Source: Macrostomum lignano (taxonomy: Eukaryota). From it: a DNA stretch of 64,000 bases. Numbering within the stretch: position 1 is the stretch's first letter; every line of letters begins with the position of its first letter. This document shows, piece by piece, positions 37,193 through 50,649 of the stretch. Under the pieces are notes generated by a model. That model made no database searches. It was not told the origin of the DNA and worked only from the letters and a program-made list of their open reading frames with translations. The stretch spans positions 62,001 to 126,000 of the forward strand of contig NIVC01002235.1 of assembly GCA_002269645.1 (NCBI GenBank), in the 5' to 3' direction. A program made the translations under genes and the position numbers.

Positions 37193-37304
37193 AAGTGCAT
37201 AAAAACACACTGATTCCATTTCTGTTATTCATTAACCTGGAATTATGCGACCAAAGTAAAATCGTTGTATTACTTCGATTCAAAGCTACGAGCTAGAATC
37301 AAAC

Positions 37305-37750
37305 CCTGAGTCAAACCCTGAGTCAAACCCTGAGTCAAACCCTGAGTCAAACCCTGAGTCAAACCCTGAGTCAAACCCTGAGTCAAACCCTGAGTCAAAC
37401 CCTGAGTCAAACCCTGAGTCAAACCCTGAGTCAAACCCTAAGTCAAACCCTGAGTCAAACCCTGAGTCAAACCCTGAGTCAAACCCTGAGTCAAGCCCTA
37501 AGTCAAACCCTGAGTCAAACCCTGAGTCAAACCCTGAGTCAAACCCTGAGTCAAACCCTGAGTCAAACCCTGAGTCAAACCCTGAGTCAAACCCTGAGTC
37601 AAACCCTGAGTCAAACCCTGAGTCAAACCCTGAGTCAAACCCTGAGTCAAACCCTGAGTCAAACCCTGAGTCAAACCCTGAGTCAAACCTTGAGTCAAAC
37701 CCTGAGTCAAACCTTGAGTCAAACCCTGAGTCAAACCCTGAGTCAAACCA
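37305..37750. repeat. 12-bp minisatellite GTCAAACCCTGA
   Basis: About 37 near-perfect units downstream of the TPR-like gene stop codon. Confidence 0.97.
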
Positions 37751-38274
37751 CCAATGGTCAAACCTGCTGCAACACCTTGAGTTACAATCACTTTCATACC
37801 CAAGCTAAATACCCTAGGCAAGTATGTCGAGTCTCGCCTACATTCATTGCTTAACGCTAAGTCAATTATTGAGTCAAATTGTGCCCCCTTCATAAAATAA
37901 GATTCAAATTTTAACTCCAACGCCAGTTTGCAAGCGATGATAAAAGTTAAATATAACATTTCGTTTTACTAATAATGATGATTTATATTGTACTTTTCGC
38001 AACAGAGATTCAACCACAAATAAAAAAAATGCGGTGTACAGGTCTTATTTCAGTTTTTCACCCTTCTGCTTACGCAAAAACACGACAGAACGTTCCAGCA
38101 TTCTACTTTGCAACAAGTAGTAGTGTATTTGTACATAAATTTCCAGATTTAAATTGTTTAGACTTTGATAGAGGATATTAACTGCGTTGATAAGGTCTGT
38201 TCTCCTCTCCCTCAAATTTATTTTGTAAAGAGTAATGAAGTTTGACTACACTAAGAAAGAACCTAAGAAAGACG

Positions 38275-38940
<666 letters not shown>

Positions 38941-39017
38941 TACAGTAACTTGCCACAGAAACTTGTAGCAATAGGTAACTTCCATAGAAACTTTGCATTG
39001 AAAAAAATTACATCGCA

Positions 39018-39210
39018 GAGAGCGGTTCGGGCAAAACCGGCACCGTCAAGTACCTGACTGTTGCCGAGGCTGAAGCTCGAAGCTTTCGGCACTCGGGCGG
39101 CTTCGACAATCGAGAGCTCAGGCCGCCGGGCAGAGGCCTCGATCTACCTGTTGAACGAGCAGTATCAGTATGAAGTGCTGATCTCTTATTTCTCCAACAT
39201 TGTTGTAGCC
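39018..39210 (+). pseudogene. Degenerate myosin motor-domain fragment
   Basis: Ordered motifs ESGSGKT (P-loop), KYL, then after a 1-nt frameshift LEAFG and IYLL, recalling myosin GESGxGKT / LEAFGNA / YLLEKSR; spacing is collapsed and the sequence runs into a SINE. Confidence 0.5.
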
Positions 39211-39470
39211 TAGTGGTTAGAGTGTCAAACTCAGGACTTGAAGGTCGGGGGTTCGATTTTTAACCCAACTCGGAACAATTTGTGTCATTGAGCAAGACAC
39301 TTCACTCTGCAATTGCTTCAGTTCACCCAGCTGTAAAATGTGTGCCAGCATTGCTGGGGTAATTGAGGCTGTGTGTGGCAGCCGTACGCAGCCTTCAGAT
39401 ACGCCGAGCAATAGCTGCGACTGAGCTGTCGGTCGCACATCTGGCCCAATTGTGACAGGTGCAATCAGTT
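39201..39470 (+). mobile_element. tRNA-derived SINE family A, copy 2
   Basis: Collinear with 18368-18660 except for an internal deletion of roughly 25 bp; B-box is degraded. Confidence 0.85.
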
Positions 39471-39513
39471 ATTACATGTAGTATAGTTGTTCATGCGACA
39501 TGCAAAAAGCATG

Positions 39514-39757
39514 TTAGGGGTTGTTAGGGCAAAGACGGCGGCCCGTGAAGCCTCTCTATCCGGCGCTCGCGGGTCCTTTGTGATTTCACAATAGCTCGAG
39601 TTTTGTGTCTCTTCTCAGCTCCCTAGTCGAATCTCTCCTCTCGTCTCCTCTTCTCTCTTCACCTCTCTTTTCCTCCCCTCCTCTGGCCGCAGTCATAGGC
39701 TCTCTATATACGAGCCGTATCTGGCCCTTTAGGTAAAAAAACGTTTGCCCACCCGTG
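39514..39757. mobile_element. hAT-like MITE remnant
   Basis: Right end GTTTGCCCACCCGTG resembles hAT CAGGGGTGGGCAAAC termini; left end is degenerate (taggggt..gggcaaag..ggcccg); no TSD confirmed. Confidence 0.4.
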
Positions 39758-39929
39758 GCTTGGGGTAATTAGATCAGGGTTATAGAGTTAGGGTTAGGGT
39801 TTTAAGGTTAGGCTCGGTGGTTAATTCGTGGCTGTAAAATTGCATGAATTCTTTGCATCAATTTTAGTAAGATGTTAAAAATGCAACATTTAAAGATTTT
39901 CTATAACAATATTCATTTATTCATTGCAG

Positions 39930-40388
39930 GAATATCCGGCAAATCTGTAATGGACGGAACAAATTCTTTATTTTATTATTCAGCTGAAAATACTGGAGCT
40001 GGCGGCAAGGAAGGTCGGCCGGGCGAAATTCCGGCATCGCGGCACACTTACAATGCTCCTTACTATACTTATTGTATTGGCGGTCCCGGCGCTGGTTGGC
40101 TCGGCTCGACAATCCCAGACAGCTCTTCATTCTACGATTTCGACGGCACTGGTGGCAGCAGCCGCAACGGCAACCCGCCGTGGCTGGAGACGGCGGCTAT
40201 GGAGGCGGCGGCGGCGGAGTCAAGGGGAGCGATTCTGGACGAGACTATGGCGCCAGCGGCGGCGGCGGAGGCTACAGCGGAGGCGGCGCTGGCCGGCTGT
40301 ACACTGTCTTCGGTAGCGCCTGCGTCACCATGTCTCTGGTGGCAACTTCGCGGACAGCGATGGACGAGTGATCTTTAGCAGAACTTAG
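39930..40388 (+). pseudogene. ALK/LTK-type glycine-rich domain exon with two frameshifts
   Basis: Acceptor attgcag|GA. Frame A gives GGPGAGW, frame B gives GDGGYGGGGGG...DYGASGGGGGYSGGGAG, frame C gives SGGNFADSDGRVIF-stop; this is the motif order of invertebrate ALK/LTK-like Gly-rich proteins. Confidence 0.6.
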
Positions 40389-41059
40389 CTGGGCGCGTGT
40401 AGTGGCTGAGTTCAACCTGACCCGGCCTGCTCTCATTGATATGGGGGATATGGAGAAGCTTTCGCAGGTTTGGCTACGTGAGGGACTATAGTGGGGGCAG
40501 CTATAGAATAGCTCTCGGTGGTAAACGCACCTGATTCTCGTGCCACAACCCTTGTCTGAGAAGTGTCAGAAATAAAAAAAATGTGTTTTGGGAGATCATA
40601 TGAAATTTTCGAAGATATGTGAGCACCCCCCTTTTAAGTAATGTATAGTGATGCGAAAAATACATGCAGCAGTTTCACACTGCATGCCTCTTGTTGGGTG
40701 TTGTGCACCACTCCTGTCTTCATGCACATGCGCACTTATAATATTCGAAACAGGACATATTACTCATAAATGTACTCTATTTTGCTTTTTTTATCGATTT
40801 TCACATTTTTTTCTGCATCACATGTATGTTCCAATTAATTATTTTGTTTTTATGTTTTTTTATGTTTGCCTGGCCTCCTAATTGTTTTTGTGTCGACCAG
40901 CACTGCTATAAATTCGGAGGAATACTATTTCAAAACAAAACTTTAATGCTATCCTGCAGTTGATGCCGACTATATGCGGTATAACTGTGTACAATTTTTT
41001 TACTTTTTGGCAGTCCATTCCCCAGCCTCTAACATATATCTAGCTGTTTGCTTACATAT

Positions 41060-44000
41060 CCCACTGGGAAAAACGATGTCGAAACGACGTCGTTTTGCGA
41101 TGTCGTTTCGATGTCGTGGTTTTTCCCCGCCCTACTACGTCGTTTCGACATCGTGTTTATATCGTTTCGACGTCGTATGTATGTCGTTTTGACATTGTAT
41201 GTACGTCGTTTTTACATCGTATGTATGTCGCAATGTCGTATTCAATTTCATGTAGTTTTCGCGGCCCTCGCGTGTCGTAAAATGCAATTTAATCTATCTG
41301 CTGCTGATCGATAATGTCCTGCTAAAAATTTCTAAGCCATAAAAAAACTATCATATACAAGTAGAATAGCTTAAAATGATTCTTTGCTAGATGGTAAATG
41401 TACTATTGGTTCAACTTCACTCGAGCTCCGGTATAAAATGATAGACAAGCGCACAGAATCACACAGATCATACAGACATACCATTTTGTGCCAGTACGCT
41501 ATAGCTAGTTGTAGAAAAACCGGTAAATTCAATTATTGTGCAAGTTACAAATATTGAAATGAGTAAAGGGATGTATGTAAGACAAACCATTTTTAGTATA
41601 TGGACGATATAATCGTGTTTTAATATAATGGCACACAAGGTAACAGCAGAAGATGAATTACAGAAAAGTATAATTTGTATTATTTTTCTGTAAACTACGA
41701 GCTTTTTGGTAACAGTGACAGTGATAACAGTCAACTAACTGCATAAAAAATTGAAGCATAGATAACAGGGCTCAATGAGCTATAGCGAGCATTATAGATG
41801 AACTGTGAAAACATTGCACTGCAAAATAAAGAGGAAAACTTCTTCGAAAAAGAAGAAAAATCAAATTCGATAACAGCAAACAGCGAGAACTATGTGAGAA
41901 AAAGAAGTACTGATTAAATGGCTCAATGAGCTGGCATCTAAATAATCTTAAATTAGTATTATAATCTGTAGGGTTCTTCTGTATGGTTACATCTTACAAT
42001 AGGGTTAGCCCATATTTCTAATTGGTAATTAACCAAGGTGGTGCAGTGACGTCACGACAGATTAGGAGAATCGGCAGTGAGTGACAGGTAAGGACGCTGC
42101 GGTTGATGACAGGATTTTAATAGTGAGAACAGGAGTAACAGGTGGATCTTGAAAGTGGGAAAAATCACATTGAAAAGGCATGGCGACTACAATGGCTGGG
42201 ACTTAGGGAGCATGAGGATTCGCGGTTGAAGAGGATCAAACATCTGTACTGGGTGCGAAGAGAACGATAAGGTCAAAGATGACCTGGAGGAGTGTGGCAC
42301 CTGGGCATGTCGGCTTTAAGAAGCAATGGACAGAGGCTGGATAGGTTCACTGACAGCTGTCATGTAAAGTAGGTCTGAGCCTATGAAGGATTTTGGACCA
42401 CCTCCAATGAGGGGAAAATAAGCAGTGTGCAGGTTGTTTTTTGTCACTGTTGCACTTCATTCCTCCTCCCCAGTCGCTGATTCGCATCTCGCAGGTACCA
42501 ACCAATGCGTGCCCCGATGGCTGCATCTGCCATTTGGGTACTTGGTATCACGTCTGAAAAGAAGGGTGATATGTAAAAGGACTGTTTGTAGATGACATTT
42601 TTCTTAACAAATCTCTTATTTTTAAATTTGTGTCAAAATGTATGCTTTACAAAAACAACATTGTAATACATGAAAAATTATCACTCATAAAGTAGATTAG
42701 TGGGATTAGAAAAAGCGAACTATTTGACAATGATCAATGGTTCAATAATGCTAACCTTTGTGCCTCCTATTGGTCAGCCCTTCACTTGGTAGTCCTGGCC
42801 AGTTCTATTACACATGGTCTGGTAGTCTGGAACATAGAATCAAGTTTATATTTGGTTTATAGGCCTATATTTGGAGTCCTAGTTTACTTTCATAATCTAA
42901 TTTTATTTTCATATAAAAATAATTATTTATAAGCTTAATAAATAACTTGATAAATAGATCACAATAAAATAGTTGTTGAAAGAGGAATCTAAGAGGCTAA
43001 AATCTTTTTCTTTTAAAGCTATTATTAAGTTAATATAGTTGTCAATTTTGAACTGAAATCATGCAAAAAAGTTTAATATTATAAAAGAACTTTATAATTA
43101 TATTAAGCTATTCATTCTTGTTACGAATTCAATTTTTTAAAATGACAAAAATAAGCAAAAATAGTATTCTTTTTTAATTATATCTGGCAATTTAACATAA
43201 TTCACATAGGTATTGGACTATTTGTCTAATAGGCCTAGCTATTTATTTGCTAATAGACAGATAATTCTAGGGCTAGGCTTAGTCTAAATTGAAAAGTTAA
43301 GAAAAATTAAAAAGGTATAGACCTAAAAATAATTTATAAGGAAACTTGTTCTAATTTTTTTCTTAACTAAATAATCAAATAGTCTAATATTATTGAAATT
43401 TTAAAGATGCAAAAAACAAAGCTAGGCCTACACTATATACCAACACAATAGTGCACAAATTCACCATGGCATAGTAGCACTATACTATCATTGTAGTATG
43501 CTAGATATTATATACCAAGCATATTCTAAGGTCAATAGTACACTTAAAACCAATTGAATATAGCTTTCAAATAAATTTGCTAATCTATTAGAATTAGATA
43601 TTTAAATTTAATAACATTAGCACAAGTATTATTAGGCCTAGTTATATTTATATTGTAGCATGGACAAAACTGATAGGCCTAAGGTCAATCATTAAAATTT
43701 CAATTAAAAATAAAAAAGATTCATTTAAATTTTTGATCAAGATTGATGATCAAGATTTGAAAATAGATTATAGGCCTAGCTAGTCTAGTCAGTGTAATGA
43801 TTTTAGATAACATGCACATGTTTGAAAAAAATTTACTAATAGAACCATGTACATGAAGCATGATCATATCTACTGTAAACTGAATTAACTTGTAATGTGT
43901 GCAGTAGCAGTAGCTAGGCCTAGCCAGTGTGGATTTGCACAACTAATACAATTAATACAGATCTAAATAAGTAAAACTCCTCAGCCTGCTCACTAAGAAT

Positions 44001-44380
44001 TGTTTATTGACTAAAGCATGACGTGAAATAGCAATTTCATTTTGAACTGTCACTGGAACGGAGAACTGTGATGCCGTGTGTAACCAATGTCGTTTCGACA
44101 ATGTCAGTACGTCATGCTTTGGATATGGGTTCAATTGCAAAAAATGATGTCGTTACAACATCGATACGACATAATACTTCGATGTCGTACAAAACGACTT
44201 ACTTATGACATGGAAAAAATACCCAATTTAAGCCAAATAAATACGAAAAAGGCTAAAAAAGGGACAATTATGCAATAATTAATCGTTTTTTCGATCCCAT
44301 TTTCATTTTTAAAAAAACGACATGATTTCGATATCTTGATGTCGTTTCGACGTCGTTTCGATGTACCCTTTCCCAGTGGG
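41060..44380. mobile_element. Non-autonomous CACTA/EnSpm (CMC)-like DNA element, 3321 bp
   Basis: Terminal inverted repeats CCCACTGGGAAA / TTTCCCAGTGGG, 2-bp AT duplication (41058-59 and 44381-82), subterminal GATGTCGTTTCGAC repeats at both ends; no transposase ORF. Confidence 0.75.
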
Positions 44381-46153
44381 ATGTGTATAATGCAAGCTGC
44401 AGCACAGCTGCAGCAATTCAGCGTTGGCGACGTCCGATCGACCGACGTTTCCGAATTCTATCAATGAACGTCATGATCGACAAGTAAGTGTATATGTACT
44501 TTTTACATAAACCGCGACGTTCAGCTGACGTATGAGATTCCGTTTTATATCTGTCGATGTAATGTAAAAGCTACACATTGATTATTTGTCAGCGGCGATA
44601 ATAGACGGTTGGAAAGTCGCTGACGTTGGATTGCTGTACGGGATAAATAAAGTCACAACCCTACAGCTGCTCTACATGTATGTATGAACGGCCGCGCTTG
44701 TACCAGCTGTGCATGTACCTGTACGATCAAATTTTATAGTGTACTGCATGTATGCAAACGTATCAAAGGACCTTGAAATGTACATATATGTACAGTATAC
44801 ATGTAAAGTAATATATGATTTATAGCATCTAAGCTTAAATTAGCTAATTCATTCATACATGTATGTTTACATGTATGATGCGAGGCTGGACGAATGGCAT
44901 GGACAGCGTCTACTAGCTAAATTACCGCGCCCACAAAGGCTTTGCGCATAAAATGACTTATCCAAGAGCAACGAGTGCATTGTCTAATTAAGTATACATG
45001 TACATGTATACGTTTATGAAATTATCTTTTACATTTACAGTAATTGCATCGTCCCTACCGGTTACGGTAGCTATATGGCATATATATAGCATTTATACAG
45101 TGTGTACAATGACTAGCTGTTAATTCTATACTTACACGCCGGGTACAAAATTTACAAGTCGGTGTGGGCGCATATACAGTTATGGAAGGCTGATGCGGTA
45201 AAAAATTACATTACATGCAATTACAAACACATTACATTACATTAGATTACATGCCAACAATGCGTGTATCTTGTAATAGGAATCATGACAGCTTTTATTT
45301 TCCATGGATCTGTCTTTTGAAACTTAGAGGTGGTAATAGCAACTAAAACTGTTAAACTACTCGTAGAAAGCTTTCATAAGGTAGAAAATTTGTTTTAACC
45401 ACATAAAGTTTCCAGTAATCCAGTACCCCGCTTCGAATCCATCAAACTCGCTTTTTTTCTAAATTAATCGACTTATTTTGAGCTAATGTATCTATCTACT
45501 GTCTATGTACTATTCGCTAACTACACAGTACACAATGCAGTAAGTAAATAATAGTAAATTGACAGCAATCTCTGTCAAATTCTGCCAAAGCGCGTCCGCC
45601 CTTTCATTAAAACATCGTTGCTTAATAGTCGGTCCAAAATCCAAATTTCTTTGTGGATGCCGATGGCTCGTATTATACTATATAGTGGCCCCCTGTTCAT
45701 TTTTTACAATCACCTAGTCCTAATTAATATTAAGTCTATTTATCTTAGTCTTCATTGACCTTAAAATATCATGTATAGTTGTGGGCAAAAATTGTTCCAA
45801 TCTTTATCTTAAAAATATGGTTGGACAAGGGCCTCTGTGCCTGGCTGACTGGCTAGGCCCATTGCCTTGGCTAGGCCTACCCTTAAGGCTTAGGGCCTAC
45901 ACTATGTTAAATGTGTTTATAGACATTGGTTTCTTAATCTTAATCTTAGTTGACTTCCTATCCTATCCCATCATTAGCATTGAAAATGATTCGGCATAAC
46001 TAGAACTAGATGGTTTAGTTTGTTATATTATTTCTTGTTTTGAATTTGTTCCAGCGCACATATAAATGGCTGGACAACCATTGGCTCCTATGACAATCAT
46101 TCCGGTAGGCAATTTGCGTCCACTTGCAGAGCTGTGCCAACTGGACCTCACTC

Positions 46154-46378
46154 ACAATGAGGGACCTGGCAGCCATAACAACAGATTCGCTGGCTATTAT
46201 TTGTTGGTTGGCCACCTACAGGCTGCTTTCCAATGAACAGCAGTGTGGATGCCAGCCGGGTGCTCAAATGCGTTTGCAACACCAAGAAGGTGCCCAGTTT
46301 ATTGATAACTTGGCCTGGGCCTACAAAGACTATCGTGCCCAAGTTTCTATAAGGGTGTCACACTATTATCCCATCTAA
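46154..46378 (+). pseudogene. Merlin/ISXO2(IS1595)-like transposase N-terminal Zn-ribbon relic
   Basis: CWLATYRLLSNEQQCGCQPGAQMRL...IDNLAWAY..Y...VSIR resembles the WLxxxxLLxxxxxCxxCxxxMRL...DGxxWxC..C...SIR pattern, with several Cys lost. Confidence 0.5.
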
Positions 46379-46574
46379 TTATCTTTCTCGTGACTTTGAA
46401 CTCTAATTTGAACTTTTTTGATGGTGGATTGGTGGGTCATCTTTTTTGAACTTAAAATAATATAACGAGCCATTTCTATATGTGCTTGCTAAAACAGATT
46501 TGAAACAAGAAATAATATAACAAACGAAACCATAGTGATGCCAATGATTCTTTTATATATTAGGCCCTAGTATA

Positions 46575-47925
46575 GTACCAGGGTCCAGATCGTATAGTAG
46601 TGTACACTGGAACAAGAATCCTATCTCAGCTAAATGTATGCCAGTATATGCCAAAAACAAAAAATTTCTCAAAGATATAGGCCTACACTAAAAATTCCTC
46701 CTAAAAAGGTCATTTGGTTTTCACAAGTAGAGTTTTCTTAGAAGGCTTTTATGCAAAAAGTCTTTAAATATTATTACAAATATTTTCATTTTAAACAAAC
46801 TTAAATTAAACCTACAGAAAATATGATAAATGTCTTAGCATTCATTTATACTAATTTTATTAAAAAGCAAAAATTTTATCACTGACTTTCTACACTATAT
46901 AAATTTTCCTTTATTTTATGTAAAAAGGTTAATTTACATTACAATTTTCATGCACATCATAAATTTATTCACCAAAATTGGTACGCCAAAAAATGGCATG
47001 AATTTGTGCGCTGAAATTTGTATACCAAAAATTATATGAATTTGTACGCCAACTTTGAAAGGGGTCATTTGTATGCCAGAATTTTCCAAGATACATGTAA
47101 CCTTCTGGAGTCTAGTATTAATAGCCTAGGCGGTGCCTATAGAAGTCCCCATTAGACTATGCTATTTAGAAAATTAATTTAGTAGGCCTAAAGCCTATCC
47201 CAAAGTAAAAGCTAAGATATCAATATACAAAAGGCCTATCAAATCAAGATATACATTAAATAGGCCTAGGCCTAACTAAATTCATATGTAAATTGTCTCC
47301 ATAGTCCAGATCATAGTAGGCATAGGGCCTATGTTAGAATGAAAATTCTAGGCCTAGTTTTTCTAGTTTTTTCTTTGTTAGAACCTGGTATTTGTTTTAT
47401 TTTTGTTTTCCTTATAAGTTGTATTAAAATTTTCTATTGTTTCTTTATATTTAAAAAAATAGCTCTCTTTGATATTTAACTACACTATATATACTTAGCC
47501 TAGGCCCTACCTTACACTCTATGACTCCAGATCATGTAGGCTACTAGGGTCCAGCTTGTGTAGTAGTGTATACTGGAACAAGAATCCTGTCTTAGCTAAA
47601 TATATACCAAAAACATACAATTTACCTAACATATACATAAAAACTTTCTCATAAAAAGGTCATTTGGTTTTCACTTTTCATAAGTTAAGTTTTCTAAGAA
47701 AGGATTTTGTACAAAAAGTCTTTAAAAATGAGTTTTTTTTATTTTAAACAAACTTAAATTATTAGGATTACAATTTTCATGCATAGCATGAGTTTATTTT
47801 CCAAAATTTATGCCTATGCACAAAAAATCAGCATGAATTTGTATACCAAAATTTGTATGCCAACTTTGAAAGGGGTCATTTGTCTGCTAGAATTTTTGGT
47901 ATACATGTAACCTTCTGGAGTCTAG
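46575..47925 (+). repeat. Diverged direct duplication (about 46575-47115 and 47548-47925)
   Basis: Shared collinear blocks: actggaacaagaatcct, aaaaaggtcatttggttttcac, gccaactttgaaaggggtcatttgt, catgtaaccttctggagtctag. Confidence 0.85.
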
Positions 47926-49355
47926 GCAGGCTAATATATATCCAAACTTGTAAACAAGCATTTATACAAATTTTGTGTACACTGATTTTCCACTATAAAT
48001 ACAAGTTAATAATGGCAAGAATGCTAAATAATCAACCAAGTTAATAGCCAAAAGGGGTCCTTTGTACTACACAAAAAGGTTATTTATTGTTGCAACACTA
48101 GCCTAAGAGATTTGAGAATGTGAGCATACACACAATTTTTGGCATACATTTATAACTATTAAATTTTTGTTATAATATGCACTTACATGATCTGGACTAT
48201 ATAACTGGGTCCTAACCTTGGCAATTTTTTGTATATCAACTATATAAACAAATTTTATAAATTCTATAATTCTATAATTCTATAATTCATAAATTCTATA
48301 TGCCAAGTGTATGCCAAGATTGTTAGCAAGGGCAAAATATGCCAAAAAATTCTGGCATAAACTACCTTCCAGACTTTGGAATTGTCTATTAATATATAAT
48401 TTGTCTTTTGCTTTGCTATTTAAATTTTAAGACAAGGCAATAAGTCTATCTATATTATTTTATCATCTATGCCAATGATAGTTTTTTAAAAAAATAATCA
48501 TTTTGTAATATCTTTTTTACTATCTTTTCTATAGTAGCAAGTCAATATGCTAAAAGTCTATGCCAAAAGCTAAAAGCTAAAAAGTTATGGTATAGAGGTT
48601 ATTATGGTATTATTGTAGGTTTGGGTCCACCTTGTCTGCCTAAGAGCTTTAAGTCAAGGATTAGGTTTGAGTTTGAAAATTTTACTACTTAGGATAAAAG
48701 TTTCATTGATTGCAAACAAAATAAGCTGCTACTTTAGATATTGAAACAGCTAAGTAAGAATGATAAAATTAAGATCATTGGCTATGATAAAGGGTATAGA
48801 ATTGCTGTTCTTATTTGCTGACTTGGCCTTGGAGAATATTTGCTAGACCTAGCTCCCTGCATTTTTCTGTTCTTAAAGCTCAAAAAATGCTCAAAGGAAC
48901 TCATTTCCTAACACAGAAGCCAAAGTTTACTCCTTAAACTATTTTGACACAAGTTTCATTTATGTATCTATTTTTCTTATTTGTCTATTTAATTTTACCT
49001 AACCTTGTCCTAGATATATTGATTTGAAGAATAATCTTGTCATTATTGTCATTGGGGAATAAAACTTAGGATTAAAAAGGCTTTAAAGCAATATTTTAAG
49101 GGGTACATAGGAAAAAAACATTAAACATTAAATGAGTAAAAAATAAGGACAAACAATGGATAAAAAAGGAAAAAAGTTTATTTTAAGTTATCAAAGAATC
49201 AACAAATAAAACTGAGAAAGTGCATTTAAAAATAAAACTTTTTTTGTATTTTATGAAAAGCCATGTCATACTAGCTGGAAAAATTGTGCATATATGATTG
49301 TACTTTTCCAAGGAAGTATTCGTATAAAATTATATTCCTAATTAAACTACAATGC

Positions 49356-49684
49356 ATGCGTTCATTGACCTGCTGCACACTGGATCAGCTGGGGCAACAG
49401 CAGCCCCAACAACTGCGGCAGCAATGCAAAGTTAATGAACCTGCAGTTAAACTAAATAAAGAGCATTCCATGAGTGCAGATAATTTCGATCCTGTTTGTC
49501 AAATGATTATTCATAATCGAGTTTTGACTATACTTACTCGACAACATTCGTCATTGTTTGATGCTGTAGGAGACACTGGCAGTAGCTTACCTATTCGAGC
49601 TCATTCTTGCCAAGTGGTTGCTAAGCGGATGTGCAAAGCTACTGGTTTGGAGCACTTTCTAACTCGACTGTATCCTGTTGGATT
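49356..49684 (+). CDS. Uncharacterised two-repeat-domain protein, exon 1 (5' start uncertain)
   Basis: Part of ORF 49284-49688; consensus donor TT|gtaagt at 49684/5 (phase 2); encodes most of domain copy 1. Confidence 0.7.
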
Positions 49685-49794
49685 GTAAGTGTCTGCTTGA
49701 CAAATGAAAATGGATTAAGAAAGTATTGAAACACCCACTGAAGAATTAGAAAAGACGATTAGCATCCATTGGAAGATTAAGAGAGGGTCAGCTA

Positions 49795-50110
49795 AGGTAT
49801 TAGCGTGTGCTAAAGGATTATCTAGAGGATTAGCGTGTGCTGAAGGATTATCTAGGGGGTTGGCGTGTGCAGAAGGATTACCTAGGGGATTGGCGTGTGC
49901 TGAAGGATTATCTAGGGGATTGGCGTATGTTAAAGGATTATTTAGCGGATTAGCGTGTGCTGAAGGATTATCTAGAGAATTAGTGGGTGCTGAAGGATTA
50001 TCTAGAGGATTAGTGGGTGCTGAAGGATTATCTAGAGGATTAACGGGTGCTGAAGGATTATATAGAGGATTAGCGGGTTCTAGAGGATCTAGAATCTAGA
50101 AAATCTAGAG
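49795..50110. repeat. 27-bp minisatellite TAGCGTGTGCTGAAGGATTATCTAGAG (two-domain gene intron 1)
   Basis: About 10 diverged units. Confidence 0.92.
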
Positions 50111-50200
50111 GATTATCGTAAGGGTTTTTCATCTAGAATCTTTTCTTTACTGTTGCTAAGCAAGCATCGATCGATGCTTAACTATACCGAATCTCCGCAG

Positions 50201-50553
50201 AGCCGAAGACAGATGGCTGACCAAAGCAGAGCTAGCAGATCTGCAACAATCGCTCAGACCAATCCAAGAAGCTGATGAAGAGCCCACTGTTATCAGTTCC
50301 TCAATATCGGGATCAGCATCCCTGATATCCTATTGCTCTTCTTCATCGTCAGCATCCTCCACAGCTGGATCTTCTCTATCCTCAGCGTCTTCGACATCAT
50401 CAGCAATCTCAGAGGCAATTTCCGCGCCAACACCACCAACTCAGAACCTCGCGGATTCAACTTTCGCCGAACCAATTTCTGTTTCTTCTGCTTCTTCTAA
50501 AAGTAAAGTTAATATTAAACCGGCATCGAAAACTGTAACTGTTGGCAGTAAAA
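50201..50553 (+). CDS. Two-repeat-domain protein exon 2 (not in ORF track)
   Basis: ctccgcag|A acceptor and A|gtgaga donor; stop-free (L)AEDRWLTKAELADLQQSL followed by a Ser-rich linker. Confidence 0.75.
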
Positions 50554-50649
50554 GTGAGAATCTTTTATTGCATTGTAGCTTTTTTAACTTATGTCAGTCA
50601 GTTGTCATTTAATAACTTGCATTCTTTATTTTCTCTATTTTGTTTTAAG

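Noticed and set aside
39775-39815. Interstitial telomere (TTAGGG) site
   Set aside because: Only 2-3 degenerate units; too short to indicate a chromosome fusion. Noted only as part of the mosaic.
49440-50260. OTU deubiquitinase assignment for the two-domain protein
   Set aside because: Resemblance (SLFDAV, W-x4-EL, RPI) is loose, there is no catalytic Cys/His, and copy 2 does not keep these positions; left unassigned.
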